Below are positions 26,001 through 35,069 of a DNA stretch of 64,000 nucleotides, in pieces. The DNA is from Nitrospirota bacterium (GTDB taxonomy: Bacteria > Nitrospirota > Thermodesulfovibrionia > Thermodesulfovibrionales > JdFR-88), in contig JAKAKS010000009.1 of NCBI GenBank assembly GCA_021813405.1, positions 26,390 to 90,389 of the forward strand, in the 5' to 3' direction. Every line of letters starts with the position of its first letter. Positions within the stretch are counted from its first letter, which is position 1. The position numbers and the translations under genes were made by a program. Below the pieces are notes generated by a model. It was given only the letters and a program-made list of their open reading frames with translations. It made no database searches and was not told the origin of the DNA.

Positions 26001-26086
26001 CCCGTTGAAGCCTTCGGTTTTACATTTGATTCCGGTTTGTGCTATGTTGAGAAAAATCAATCAGGCAAGAGAAAAGAGAACTCAAA

Positions 26087-27295
26087 TTGAAGATAGTATT
26101 GGCATATTCCGGCGGGCTGGACACGTCCGTAATCATCAAGTGGCTCAAGGAAGCATACAAGGCCGACGTCATAGCATTCTGCGCCGACCTGGGGCAGAAG
26201 GAAGAGCTTGGCGGGCTTGACAAGAAGGCGCTTGCAACCGGGGCCTCAAAGGCGTACATAGAGGACCTGCGGGAAGAATTCGTGCGGGACTACGTGTTCC
26301 CAATGCTCCGGGCCGACGCCGTTTACGAGGGCATCTACCTGATGGGCACTTCCATTGCCAGGCCGCTTATAGCCAAAAGGCAGATAGAGATAGCGCAGGC
26401 TGAAGGCGCAAACGCGGTGGCCCACGGCGCAACGGGCAAAGGAAACGACCAGGTGCGTTTTGAGCTTACATATTATTCGCTGGAGCCAGCCATCAAGGTT
26501 GTGGCCCCGTGGCGCGAATGGCCGTTTGCTTCCAGGAGCGACCTTATCGAATATGCCTCCAAAAACGGCATCCCGGTTACGGCCACAAAGGAAAAACCGT
26601 ACAGCACGGACAGAAACGCATTCCACATAAGTTATGAAGGCGGTGTCCTTGAGGACCCATGGGCCGAGCCGCCGGCCGATATGTACACAATGATGGTCCC
26701 GCCTGAAAAAGCGCCGGACAAGCCTGTTTATATCGAGATCGAATACGAAAACGGAGACCCCGTTGCCGTGGATGGCAAAAAGCTGAGTCCATTCAAGTTG
26801 CTTGATAAATTAAATGAAATAGCGGGGGCAAACGGCATCGGGAGAATAGATATAGTGGAGAACCGGTATGTGGGGATGAAATCCAGGGGCGTTTACGAAA
26901 CGCCGGGCGGCACCGTCCTTCACATTGCGCACCGGGCCATGGAATCCATTACGATGGACAGGGAGGCCCTGCGTCTTAAAGACGGGCTGATACCCAGGTA
27001 CGCGGAGTGCGTTTATTACGGGTTCTGGTTCTCTCCGGAGAGGGAGCTTCTGCAAAAGCTTGTGGATGAAAGCCAGAAGAACGTCACCGGCACGGTGCGG
27101 CTGAAACTCTATAAGGGCACTTGCCAGGTGGTGGGCAGAAAATCGCCTTATACCCTTTATAACCCGGAACTGGCCACGTTTGAGAAAGAGACCCTGTACG
27201 ACCAGAAGGACGCGGCTGGTTTCATAAAACTAAACGCGCTCAGGCTGAAGGTCCTGAAACAATCGAGGGCCGGGCGGCCTAAGGGCAAGCATTAA
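26087..27295 (+). CDS. argG: argininosuccinate synthase
   Basis: The 402-aa ORF has a TTG start and carries AYSGGLDTS (the PP-loop), plus [13 protein letters not shown] and [24 protein letters not shown]. Confidence 0.97.
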   Translation: MKIVLAYSGGLDTSVIIKWLKEAYKADVIAFCADLGQKEELGGLDKKALATGASKAYIEDLREEFVRDYVFPMLRADAVYEGIYLMGTSIARPLIAKRQIEIAQAEGANAVAHGATGKGNDQVRFELTYYSLEPAIKVVAPWREWPFASRSDLIEYASKNGIPVTATKEKPYSTDRNAFHISYEGGVLEDPWAEPPADMYTMMVPPEKAPDKPVYIEIEYENGDPVAVDGKKLSPFKLLDKLNEIAGANGIGRIDIVENRYVGMKSRGVYETPGGTVLHIAHRAMESITMDREALRLKDGLIPRYAECVYYGFWFSPERELLQKLVDESQKNVTGTVRLKLYKGTCQVVGRKSPYTLYNPELATFEKETLYDQKDAAGFIKLNALRLKVLKQSRAGRPKGKH

Positions 27296-27301
27296 TTTTT
27301 T

Positions 27302-28420
27302 ATGCCGGGCAGCAAGGCCGCACCCGTTTGCGGCAAACATCTTCTGGCCCTGTGCTCCATAAGGGAGATAGGCCCCCTTACAATCAAGCGGCTTTTTGCC
27401 TTGTTCGGTTCCGCGCAGAAGGTGTTCGAGGCGTCTGAACAGGAACTCCTGGATTCAGGGCTTACCCCGAAAAAGGCCCAATGCATAGCAAGGTTTTCCG
27501 GTTGGAAGAAGGTGGAGCGCGATTTAACTTATGCGCATGAGCACGGGATAAAGCTTCTGGTGATGGAATCCCCTGAATACCCGGAGGCCCTCAAATCCCT
27601 GCCGGACCCTCCGCGGGTGCTTTTTGCCAAAGGGGACATCCAGCCCGAGGACCGCTTTGCCCTGGCGGTGGTTGGCTCAAGAATGCCAACCAATTACGGG
27701 CTTTCACAGTCTGAAAATATTTCGGGGGCGCTGGCCGGAATGGGGTTTACGATTGTCAGCGGGCTTGCACGCGGCATAGACACCGCCGCGCATAAGGCCG
27801 CGCTTGAGGCGGGCGGCAGGAGCATAGGCGTGATGGGCTCCGGCCTGGATGTGCCTTATCCGGCGGAGAATAAAAAATTGATGGGGGACATCTCACGTTC
27901 GGGGGCGGTTATAAGCGAATTCTGTTTTGGCACGCTGCCCAATAAGGAAAATTTCCCCAGGAGAAACCGGATAATAAGCGGGCTTTCGCTTGGGGTGCTG
28001 GTGGTTGAGGCGGCGGCGGGCAGCGGTTCCCTGATTACGGCGCATTGCGCGCTGGACCAGAACAAGGAGGTCTTTGCCATACCGGGCAATATAAGTTCCG
28101 GCTTGTCCAAAGGCACAAACGAGCTTATAAAAAAGGGGGCAGCCATGGTCATGAGCGCGGAAGATATAGTGGAAGAGCTTGCCCCCATGCTGAAAGGTTT
28201 TTTAAGGAAAAAACCGGCGAAGACGGACGGCAGGGGAATGGCGGATTTGACTGAAGACGAAAAAAAGGTTATAAAGCACCTTGGGCAGGAGCCCAGGCAC
28301 ATAGACGATATTTGCAGGGAGATGGGGGCCGGGGCGGCCTGGCTTTCCACGGTGCTGCTGGGGCTGGAATTAAGCGGGCATGTGCGGCAGAGTGCTGGAA
28401 AAAGATTCTCCATCTGCTAA
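27302..28420 (+). CDS. dprA: DNA processing protein DprA (Smf)
   Basis: The 372-aa ORF has GSRMPTNYG and SGLARGIDTAAHKAAL. It shows the conserved synteny of lying immediately upstream of topA. Confidence 0.9.
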   Translation: MPGSKAAPVCGKHLLALCSIREIGPLTIKRLFALFGSAQKVFEASEQELLDSGLTPKKAQCIARFSGWKKVERDLTYAHEHGIKLLVMESPEYPEALKSLPDPPRVLFAKGDIQPEDRFALAVVGSRMPTNYGLSQSENISGALAGMGFTIVSGLARGIDTAAHKAALEAGGRSIGVMGSGLDVPYPAENKKLMGDISRSGAVISEFCFGTLPNKENFPRRNRIISGLSLGVLVVEAAAGSGSLITAHCALDQNKEVFAIPGNISSGLSKGTNELIKKGAAMVMSAEDIVEELAPMLKGFLRKKPAKTDGRGMADLTEDEKKVIKHLGQEPRHIDDICREMGAGAAWLSTVLLGLELSGHVRQSAGKRFSIC

Positions 28421-28480
28421 AATGCTAAAAATAAAAAGTGCAAAATTATGACGAAGGCAATAAAAAGGACATAAAACAAC

Positions 28481-30796
28481 ATGGGATCATCGCTTGTAAT
28501 AGTGGAATCTCCGGCCAAGGCCCGGACGCTCAATAAAATACTCGGCGAGGATTTTATCGTAAAGGCCTCCGTGGGCCACGTTAAAGACCTCCCCGAAAAA
28601 GAACTTGGGGTTGAAAAGGACAAGGATTTCGAGCCCACCTACGTTGTAATCCCGGGGAAGGAAAAGATAATCCGCGAGCTTAAGGCGGCTTCCAAAAAAG
28701 CCGAGAAGGTTTACCTTGCGCCTGACCCGGACCGCGAAGGCGAGGCAATAGCCTTTCACATAGCGGCGGAACTGGCCGGCAAGGGCAAAAAGGCAGCGGA
28801 GGAGGCGGACGGCAAACTTTTCCGCATAACATTCCACGAGATTACGGAAAGGGCCGTTAAGGAGGCCCTGAAAAACCCCGGCAGGATAAATGTGCACAAG
28901 GTGGACGCCCAGCAGGCCAGAAGGGTGCTGGACAGGCTTGTTGGTTACGAGCTTTCACCGCTTCTTTGGAGGAAGGTGCGCAGGGGCCTCAGCGCGGGCA
29001 GGGTGCAGTCCGTGGCGGTGCGCCTTGTGGTGGAAAGGGAAAAGGAGATAGAGGCGTTTAAGAAAGAGGAATACTGGTCCGTTGAGGCCATGCTGGAGGG
29101 TTCGCAGAAGCCGGCGTTTGAGGCCAGGCTGTTTGAGCTGGACGGCAAGCCCGTTATAGAGCGCGGCGGAGCTTCGGGCCAAGACAAGTTCCTTTTAAGA
29201 AACGGCGAGGACGCCAGGAGGGCCGTGGAGGCCCTTTCGGGCGCAAGGTTCATATTAAGCTCCATCGAGAAAAAGGCCAGGAGGCGTTCGCCCTCCGCGC
29301 CGTTCATAACAAGCAGCCTTCAGCAGGAGGCGGCCCAGAGGCTTGGGTTTACCGCGAAAAAGACGATGATGCTTGCCCAGGGGCTCTATGAGGGCGTGGA
29401 GCTTGGCGGCGAGGGGCCGGTTGGCCTTATCACATACATGAGGACGGATTCTGTCAATATTGCGGCAGAGGCCCAGCAGTGGGCAAGAGAGGTAATCAAG
29501 ACCCGGTTCGGGGAAAAATACCTGCCTGAAAAGCCGCCGAAATACAAGAGCAAGGCCTCCGCGCAGGAAGCGCACGAGGCCATCCGCCCGACCTATCCGG
29601 ACAGAACTCCGGAAAAACTGAAGCCCTTCCTTCAGAAGGACCAGCTGCGGCTTTATACGCTTATCTGGAACCGCTTTATGGCCAGCCAGATGGCCCAGGC
29701 GGAGCTGGAGCAGACCGTGTTTACGATAAAGGCCGGCGATGCGGCCGTTTTGAAGGCATCCGGCACGGTGATAAAGTTTGATGGTTTCCTTGCCATTTAC
29801 AAAGACGCCGAAGATGAGAACGAGGGGGCCATACTGCCGGCCCTGCCGGAAGGGGAGGGGCTGAAACTTCTGGAAATAAAACCCTTGCAGCATTTCACTC
29901 AGCCGCCGCCCAGGTACTCTGAGGCCACGCTTGTTAAAACGCTTGAGGAAAAGGGCATTGGAAGGCCAAGCACTTATGCCACCATCCTGTCCACCATACA
30001 GGACAGGAAATATGTGGCCAAGGAGGCCAGCAGGTTCAAGCCTACCGATCTTGGCGTGCTGGTTACAGGCCTTCTGGTGGAGAAATTCCCGGAGCTTATG
30101 GATACGGGCTTTACCGCCAGAATGGAAGACGAACTGGATGAGATAGAGCAGGGCAACATGAAATGGCAATCGGTCATAAAGGAGTTTTACGTGCCTTTTG
30201 GCCAGGAGATAGAGACCGCAATAAAGACGCCCGGCAAGGTGCGCCCCGAAGACGTCCCTACGGACGTAAAATGCCAGAAATGCGGACTTCCCATGGTGAA
30301 GCGCTGGGGGCGGCACGGGTGGTTCCTGGCGTGCAGCGGGTACCCGGAATGCAAGAGCACCTGCCCGATAGACGAGCCGGAATGCCAGGCGCCTGCCATA
30401 CAGGAGACGTGCGAAAAATGCGGCTCCCCCATGGTGCTTAAGACCGGCAGGTTCGGCAAGTTCCTGGCCTGTTCCGGTTATCCGGCCTGCAAGAGCACAA
30501 AACCAATATCGCTTGGGATAAAATGCCCGGCCGACGGCGGCCAGATAGTGGAGAGGCGCTCCAAGAAAGGCAAGCTGTTTTACAGTTGCAGCAATTACCC
30601 CAGCTGCAAGTTCATCTCCTGGTACAAGCCCGTAAACAAGGCGTGCCCGAACTGCAAAAACCCATATCTGCTTGAAAAGAATACAAAGGCGGCCCATGTG
30701 CTGTTTTGCCCCAACAAGGAATGCGGGTTCAGTGAGGAGATAAAGGAAGAGGCCGCGGGCGGCAGCCAGCAGGACACCGGCGCGGCCGGGGTTTAA
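28481..30796 (+). CDS. topA: DNA topoisomerase I
   Basis: The 771-aa ORF has a TOPRIM N-terminus (LVIVESPAKA), the active-site Tyr in ITYMRTDS, and a C-terminal array of C4 zinc-ribbon modules (CQKCG..CSGYPECK, CEKCG..CSGYPACK, CPNCK..CPNKEC). Confidence 0.97.
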   Translation: MGSSLVIVESPAKARTLNKILGEDFIVKASVGHVKDLPEKELGVEKDKDFEPTYVVIPGKEKIIRELKAASKKAEKVYLAPDPDREGEAIAFHIAAELAGKGKKAAEEADGKLFRITFHEITERAVKEALKNPGRINVHKVDAQQARRVLDRLVGYELSPLLWRKVRRGLSAGRVQSVAVRLVVEREKEIEAFKKEEYWSVEAMLEGSQKPAFEARLFELDGKPVIERGGASGQDKFLLRNGEDARRAVEALSGARFILSSIEKKARRRSPSAPFITSSLQQEAAQRLGFTAKKTMMLAQGLYEGVELGGEGPVGLITYMRTDSVNIAAEAQQWAREVIKTRFGEKYLPEKPPKYKSKASAQEAHEAIRPTYPDRTPEKLKPFLQKDQLRLYTLIWNRFMASQMAQAELEQTVFTIKAGDAAVLKASGTVIKFDGFLAIYKDAEDENEGAILPALPEGEGLKLLEIKPLQHFTQPPPRYSEATLVKTLEEKGIGRPSTYATILSTIQDRKYVAKEASRFKPTDLGVLVTGLLVEKFPELMDTGFTARMEDELDEIEQGNMKWQSVIKEFYVPFGQEIETAIKTPGKVRPEDVPTDVKCQKCGLPMVKRWGRHGWFLACSGYPECKSTCPIDEPECQAPAIQETCEKCGSPMVLKTGRFGKFLACSGYPACKSTKPISLGIKCPADGGQIVERRSKKGKLFYSCSNYPSCKFISWYKPVNKACPNCKNPYLLEKNTKAAHVLFCPNKECGFSEEIKEEAAGGSQQDTGAAGV

Positions 30797-30802
30797 GGCC
30801 TT

Positions 30803-31333
30803 TTGCCAACCATAGGCATAGGCGGTGCGGGCAGCGGGGTTGGCAAAACTTTATTTGCCGGGATGCTTCTTGGGCAATTGCCCGGCTGGGGCGCGCTTAA
30901 GTACACAAGGACCGCTCTTTACACCTCCGTTACTGAAGACGAAGCGGTGCTCAAGGCCCCCGGGAAGGACACGGCAAGGCTTTTGACCTCGGGCGCGTCA
31001 AAGGTGGTCTGGGTGCAAAGCCCCGGCGGGCAGGAGCTTGAAGAGGCCCTTTCGGCCGCCATGGGGGCATTGGCTGGGTTGCCGGGTGTAGTGATTGAGG
31101 GAAACAGTGCCGTTGAGGTTTTAAAACCCGATATTGTAATATTTATTGGTGGTACAGAGGTCAAAAAAAGCGCACATCGCGTGCTTGATATGGCCAGGAT
31201 TGTGTATTACCCCAATGGCGCTGGGGCGCCTGAGGCCGGAGGCGCCGGTAACCGGAATGCAAATGCCTTTTACAGCGTTGACGGCCAGAAATGCCTTAAG
31301 GAGGTCCTTGATATCCTGAATGGGCGCACTTAG
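30803..31333 (+). CDS. MobB-like P-loop protein
   Basis: The 176-aa ORF has a TTG start, the Walker A motif GAGSGVGKT, and GKDTARLLTSGASKVVWV, which resembles the MobB GKDS.R...GA block. The assignment is tentative. Confidence 0.45.
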   Translation: MPTIGIGGAGSGVGKTLFAGMLLGQLPGWGALKYTRTALYTSVTEDEAVLKAPGKDTARLLTSGASKVVWVQSPGGQELEEALSAAMGALAGLPGVVIEGNSAVEVLKPDIVIFIGGTEVKKSAHRVLDMARIVYYPNGAGAPEAGGAGNRNANAFYSVDGQKCLKEVLDILNGRT

Positions 31334-32132
31334 TTTTCAGATAGCGCTTTTTTTCTACCTTCTGGCGATGCTGGCGGCGTTTTTCGACCTGTTCAAAAGC
31401 ACCAGGATACTGCCCAAGGCCGCTTACATGTTCGTCATTGTGGGCTTCCTCTTCCACACCACAAACGTTGTATACAGCTGGTTTGCAGACGGCCATATAC
31501 CCATCGTAAACGCGCATGAGGCCACAAGCTTCTTTGCGTGGTGCGTGTTCCTGCTTTTCCTGCTGCTGGAATACAGCTACAAGCTTGGGCTGCTGGGCTC
31601 ATTCATAATACCCATAGGGTTTGCGCTTACGCTGGTTTCATCGGTGCTGTCCTCCGCATCCAAGCCGCTTACCCCGCAGCTCAGGAGCTACTGGCTTGGC
31701 ATACACACATTTTTTGCCTTCATGTCCAGCGCCGCATTTGCCTTAGCGGCCGGGCTGGCGTTTATGTATCTTGTGCAGGAGCATCACCTGAAGCGCAAAC
31801 GGCTTGGCGGCCTTTTTGAAAGGCTCCCAAGCCTTCAAAGGCTGGACGAGATAAGCTACAGGCTGATAACCATGGGGTTCCCTCTTTTTACGCTGGCGAT
31901 AATAAGCGGCTCCATCTGGGCGGACAACGCCTGGGGCAGCTATCTGAGCTGGGAGCCTATACAGGTGTGGTCCATAATCACCTGGCTTATATTTGCGGTG
32001 GTCTTCCATTCCAGACTGCTTGCCGGCTGGAGGGGCAGAAGGGCCGCCGTGCTTTCGATAATCGGCTTTGCCACAATAATAATCGCCTTTGCGGGACTGG
32101 CGCTTTTGCAGAAAGGACAGCATATTTTCTGA
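31320..32132 (+). CDS. CcsA-related membrane protein (HemX-like) upstream of hemA
   Basis: The 270-aa ORF has 8 TM segments and a degenerate Trp-rich motif, WADNAWGSYLSWEPIQVWSIITWLIFAVVFHSRLLAGWRGRRAA. Its stop overlaps the hemA ATG (TGATG). Confidence 0.75.
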   Translation: MGALSFQIALFFYLLAMLAAFFDLFKSTRILPKAAYMFVIVGFLFHTTNVVYSWFADGHIPIVNAHEATSFFAWCVFLLFLLLEYSYKLGLLGSFIIPIGFALTLVSSVLSSASKPLTPQLRSYWLGIHTFFAFMSSAAFALAAGLAFMYLVQEHHLKRKRLGGLFERLPSLQRLDEISYRLITMGFPLFTLAIISGSIWADNAWGSYLSWEPIQVWSIITWLIFAVVFHSRLLAGWRGRRAAVLSIIGFATIIIAFAGLALLQKGQHIF

Positions 32133-33397
32133 TGAAGGTGCTTGTCGCCGGACTCAATCACAAGAGCGCCGACGTGGAGGTCAGGGAAAAACTGGCCTTC
32201 TCGGGGGACAAGCTGGCGCCGGGGCTGCAGGGGCTTAAAGACCTGCCCGGCGTTAAGGAGGCCGCTATACTTTCCACCTGCAACCGCGTGGAACTGTACG
32301 CACACGTAAGCGACCCTGACGGCGCCAAGCGTGAGATAAAAAGGTTCATAAGCTCCTTTCACTCCATCCCTGCCGGGCTGCTGGAAGGCAAAACGCTTTA
32401 TTTCCACTCCGGCCCGGACGCCATAAGGCACGTATTCAGGGTGGCATCCAGCCTGGACTCCATGGTGCTGGGCGAGCCGCAGATACTTGGCCAGGTAAAG
32501 GCCGCGTTCGAGTTTGCCCTGGAAAAGAAGGCCACGGGGGTGCTTTTAAACAGGCTTATGAAAAAGGCCATTTCCGTGGCAAAAAGGGTGCGCACCGAAA
32601 CCCGCATAGCGGAAAACGCCGTTTCCATCAGCTTTGCCGCAGTGGAGCTGGCCAAAAAGATATTTACGGACCTTGCCGGCAAGACAGTCCTGCTGCTTGG
32701 CGCCGGCGAGATGGCCGAGCTGGCCGCGCGGCACTTCATGGCAAGCGGGGTGAAGGAGATTGTGGTTGCCAACCGCACGCTTGCCCGCGGGCAGGAGCTT
32801 GCCAGTGAGTTCGAGGGCAAGGCGGTGCCGTTTGACGAGTTCAAGGACGAGATGCTGCACGCGGACATCGTCCTGTGCTCCACGGGCGCGCCGGATTATG
32901 TGGTTCTGAAGCCCGATGTGCATGCCGCCATGGGCAAGAGGAAGCAAAGGCCGCTCTTTCTGATAGACATATCGGTGCCAAGGAATATAGATCCGCAGGT
33001 AAACTCGCTTGACAATGTTTACCTGTATGACGTGGATGACCTCCAGACCGTGGTGGACTCCAACCGCAGCGAGCGCCGGAAGGAGGCCGACAAGGCGGAA
33101 ATGATTGTGAGCGAGGAGGTCGAGACCTTCGAGCGCTGGCTGGACTGCCTGCAAAGCGTGCCCGCCATAGTGTCGCTTAGGCAGAGGGCCGAAGAGATCA
33201 GGAAATGCGAAGTCCAGAAGATGCTTAACAAGACAGACCTTGACGAAAAGGAGCGCAAGGCGGTTGAACTGATGGCCAGCTCCATCGTGAACAAGCTTAT
33301 ACACCCGCCCACGGCTGCCCTTAAAGAGGACACCGGGGACAGGGACCAGCTGATAGCCATGATAATAAAACTCTACGGATTGAACGGGGGCTGCTGA
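32132..33397 (+). CDS. hemA: glutamyl-tRNA reductase
   Basis: The tracked ORF starts at 31967, and the real start is the ATG at 32132 (MKVLVAGLNHKSA). It carries the catalytic Cys in LSTCNRVELY and the NADPH motif LLGAGEMAEL. Confidence 0.95.
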   Translation: MKVLVAGLNHKSADVEVREKLAFSGDKLAPGLQGLKDLPGVKEAAILSTCNRVELYAHVSDPDGAKREIKRFISSFHSIPAGLLEGKTLYFHSGPDAIRHVFRVASSLDSMVLGEPQILGQVKAAFEFALEKKATGVLLNRLMKKAISVAKRVRTETRIAENAVSISFAAVELAKKIFTDLAGKTVLLLGAGEMAELAARHFMASGVKEIVVANRTLARGQELASEFEGKAVPFDEFKDEMLHADIVLCSTGAPDYVVLKPDVHAAMGKRKQRPLFLIDISVPRNIDPQVNSLDNVYLYDVDDLQTVVDSNRSERRKEADKAEMIVSEEVETFERWLDCLQSVPAIVSLRQRAEEIRKCEVQKMLNKTDLDEKERKAVELMASSIVNKLIHPPTAALKEDTGDRDQLIAMIIKLYGLNGGC

Positions 33398-33405
33398 AAG
33401 GGAGC

Positions 33406-34371
33406 ATGAAAAAGAAAATAGTAATAGGAACGCGCGGAAGCAAGCTCGCCTTATGGCAGGCCAACTGGGTTAAAGGGCAGCTTGAAGCCCTGGACAAAAA
33501 TATACAGGTGGAATTGAACACCATAAAGACCACCGGGGACAAGATCCTGGATGTGGCCCTGGCCAAGGTGGGCGGCAAGGGGCTTTTTGTAAAAGAGATA
33601 GAAGAGGCATTGCTTAACGGCCAGGCGGACCTGGCGGTGCACAGCATGAAAGACGTTCCGGTGGACCTCCCCCCGGAGCTTCACCTGAAGGCCATATGCA
33701 AAAGGGAATTGCCGGCGGACGCGCTTGTGTGCCGCGAGGCGAAGGGATTTAGCTCATTGCCAAAAGGCGCCCATATAGGCACAAGCAGCCTCAGGCGCAC
33801 CTGCCAGCTTCTCCAACTGCGCCCGGACCTGAAGATCAGCAGCCTTCGCGGCAACCTTGATACCAGGCTAAGAAAGCTGGACGAAGGGCTTTATGATGCA
33901 ATCGTGCTGGCCTACGCAGGGATGAAAAGGCTTGGTTTTGAGGACCGCGTAACCGAAAAACTTGCCCCGGAGGTGATGCTTCCGGCCATAGGGCAGGGCG
34001 CGGTGGGGATAGAGTGCAGGGTGGACGATGAGTTTATAAACGGGCTTGTAGGCAAGCTGGACCATGAAGAGACATCCATCGCCGTCCGTGCCGAAAGGAG
34101 TTTCCTTAGAAGGCTTGAAGGAGGCTGCCAGGTGCCCATAGCTGCCTATGCAAGGCTGGTGGACGGCAGGCTGGTAATGGACGGGCTTGTGGGAAGCCCT
34201 TCCGGCGAAAAGACCGTTAAGGCCCACAGCGAAGGGGAATTCAAGCTGCCCCAGGCCAGGACGCTTGGGACGGCGCTTGCCGAAAGGCTGATAGCCATGG
34301 GGGCGGGCGAAATACTGGCTGAGGTGTACGGCAGGCAGATACCGCCCGTTGAAAACGACATAGCCACTTAG
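33406..34371 (+). CDS. hemC: hydroxymethylbilane synthase (porphobilinogen deaminase)
   Basis: The 321-aa ORF has IGTRGSKLALWQA, DLAVHSMKDVP and the cofactor Cys in EGGCQVPIAAY. Confidence 0.95.
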   Translation: MKKKIVIGTRGSKLALWQANWVKGQLEALDKNIQVELNTIKTTGDKILDVALAKVGGKGLFVKEIEEALLNGQADLAVHSMKDVPVDLPPELHLKAICKRELPADALVCREAKGFSSLPKGAHIGTSSLRRTCQLLQLRPDLKISSLRGNLDTRLRKLDEGLYDAIVLAYAGMKRLGFEDRVTEKLAPEVMLPAIGQGAVGIECRVDDEFINGLVGKLDHEETSIAVRAERSFLRRLEGGCQVPIAAYARLVDGRLVMDGLVGSPSGEKTVKAHSEGEFKLPQARTLGTALAERLIAMGAGEILAEVYGRQIPPVENDIAT

Positions 34372-34380
34372 GAGGGAAAG

Positions 34381-34665
34381 ATGGCCGAGGGGAAGATCAG
34401 CTACGAAGAGTTTGTAAAAAAGGCAATCGTCTCGCTCAGGAAAGAGCCGTATAAAGGCATACATACCGTATTTTCGGGGTTTAACGAAGCGTTCAAGAAA
34501 TATTTCGAGGGCGCGGCGGACCCGATAGAGGTTACAAACCAGCTTGCCAAGGAGGGCAAGATAGTCATCCGCCCGGTAAGGGGCGGGGTGATGCTCTATC
34601 TGCCGGAGGACGCCCCGGCCCAGGCCACCAAATCCGAAGAAGCGCTTAAGAAGATGGGGCTGTAG
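34381..34665 (+). CDS. small conserved-looking hypothetical protein (94 aa)
   Basis: A strong Shine-Dalgarno sequence (AGGAGGGAAAG-ATG) lies 9 nt after the hemC stop. The composition looks coding, but I recognise no family. Confidence 0.55.
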   Translation: MAEGKISYEEFVKKAIVSLRKEPYKGIHTVFSGFNEAFKKYFEGAADPIEVTNQLAKEGKIVIRPVRGGVMLYLPEDAPAQATKSEEALKKMGL

Positions 34666-34842
34666 AACCTGTCCCAAAATTGTTTCCGGCTGCAAGAGGC
34701 TGAAATAGCGGCATGCCGCGTCATCAGGGAGAAATCGTTTAAAATGCAGCACCGCTACGTTTGCGGGGCGGTTTTCCCTTTCTTTCCTGTCTGCCACAAT
34801 TCCCGCTCTCTTTCGCTTCAGAATAAACTTTTGGACAGATTC
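34665..34842 (+). repeat. TIR hairpin element, copy B (178 bp)
   Basis: The ends are GAACCTGTCCCAAAATTG and CTTTTGGACAGATTC. The element starts on the last base of the preceding stop codon and is collinear with copy A. Confidence 0.8.
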
Positions 34843-34907
34843 CGGGACGCGCTTTGAGGTTACGATTAATCTGTCATTGCGGGCCGTGTTATAAATAGTG
34901 CGGAGGA

Positions 34908-35052
34908 TGTATTGGCCGGTCATAAAAATGCCACTTTGGAAGGGAAAAACCGGCGGCGGGTTCGGGCCGCTTTGAACAGATTGAACAGGGAATTCCGCAA
35001 AAACACTATTAATCAGTAGTTTGCTGGTTTGGGGTTGAACATATAAAAAAGG
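34908..35052 (+). repeat. TTGAAC-rich intergenic repeat, copy L2
   Basis: TGTATTGGCCGG...TTTGAACAGATTGAACAGGGAATTCCGCAAAAACA...TTTGCTGGTTTGGGGTTGAACATATAAAAAAGG aligns with L1 at 10087-10227. Confidence 0.55.
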
Positions 35053-35069
35053 TTGTCCATCTTTCCCTT

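Noticed and set aside
29255-30697. Very long antisense ORFs opposite well-supported genes. Examples are the 480-aa ORF opposite topA, 33868-34923 opposite hemC, 52299-53279 opposite metK, 53825-54640 opposite ahcY, 6470-7102 opposite the helicase, 19878-20723 opposite resB, 47665-48462 opposite the kinase and 35415-36095 opposite the giant ORF.
   Set aside because: Their translations are low-complexity, rich in Arg, Gly, Pro, Leu and His, and show no recognisable motifs. The opposite strand in each case encodes a protein with unambiguous family signatures. This is typical of stop-codon-poor antisense frames in GC-rich coding DNA.
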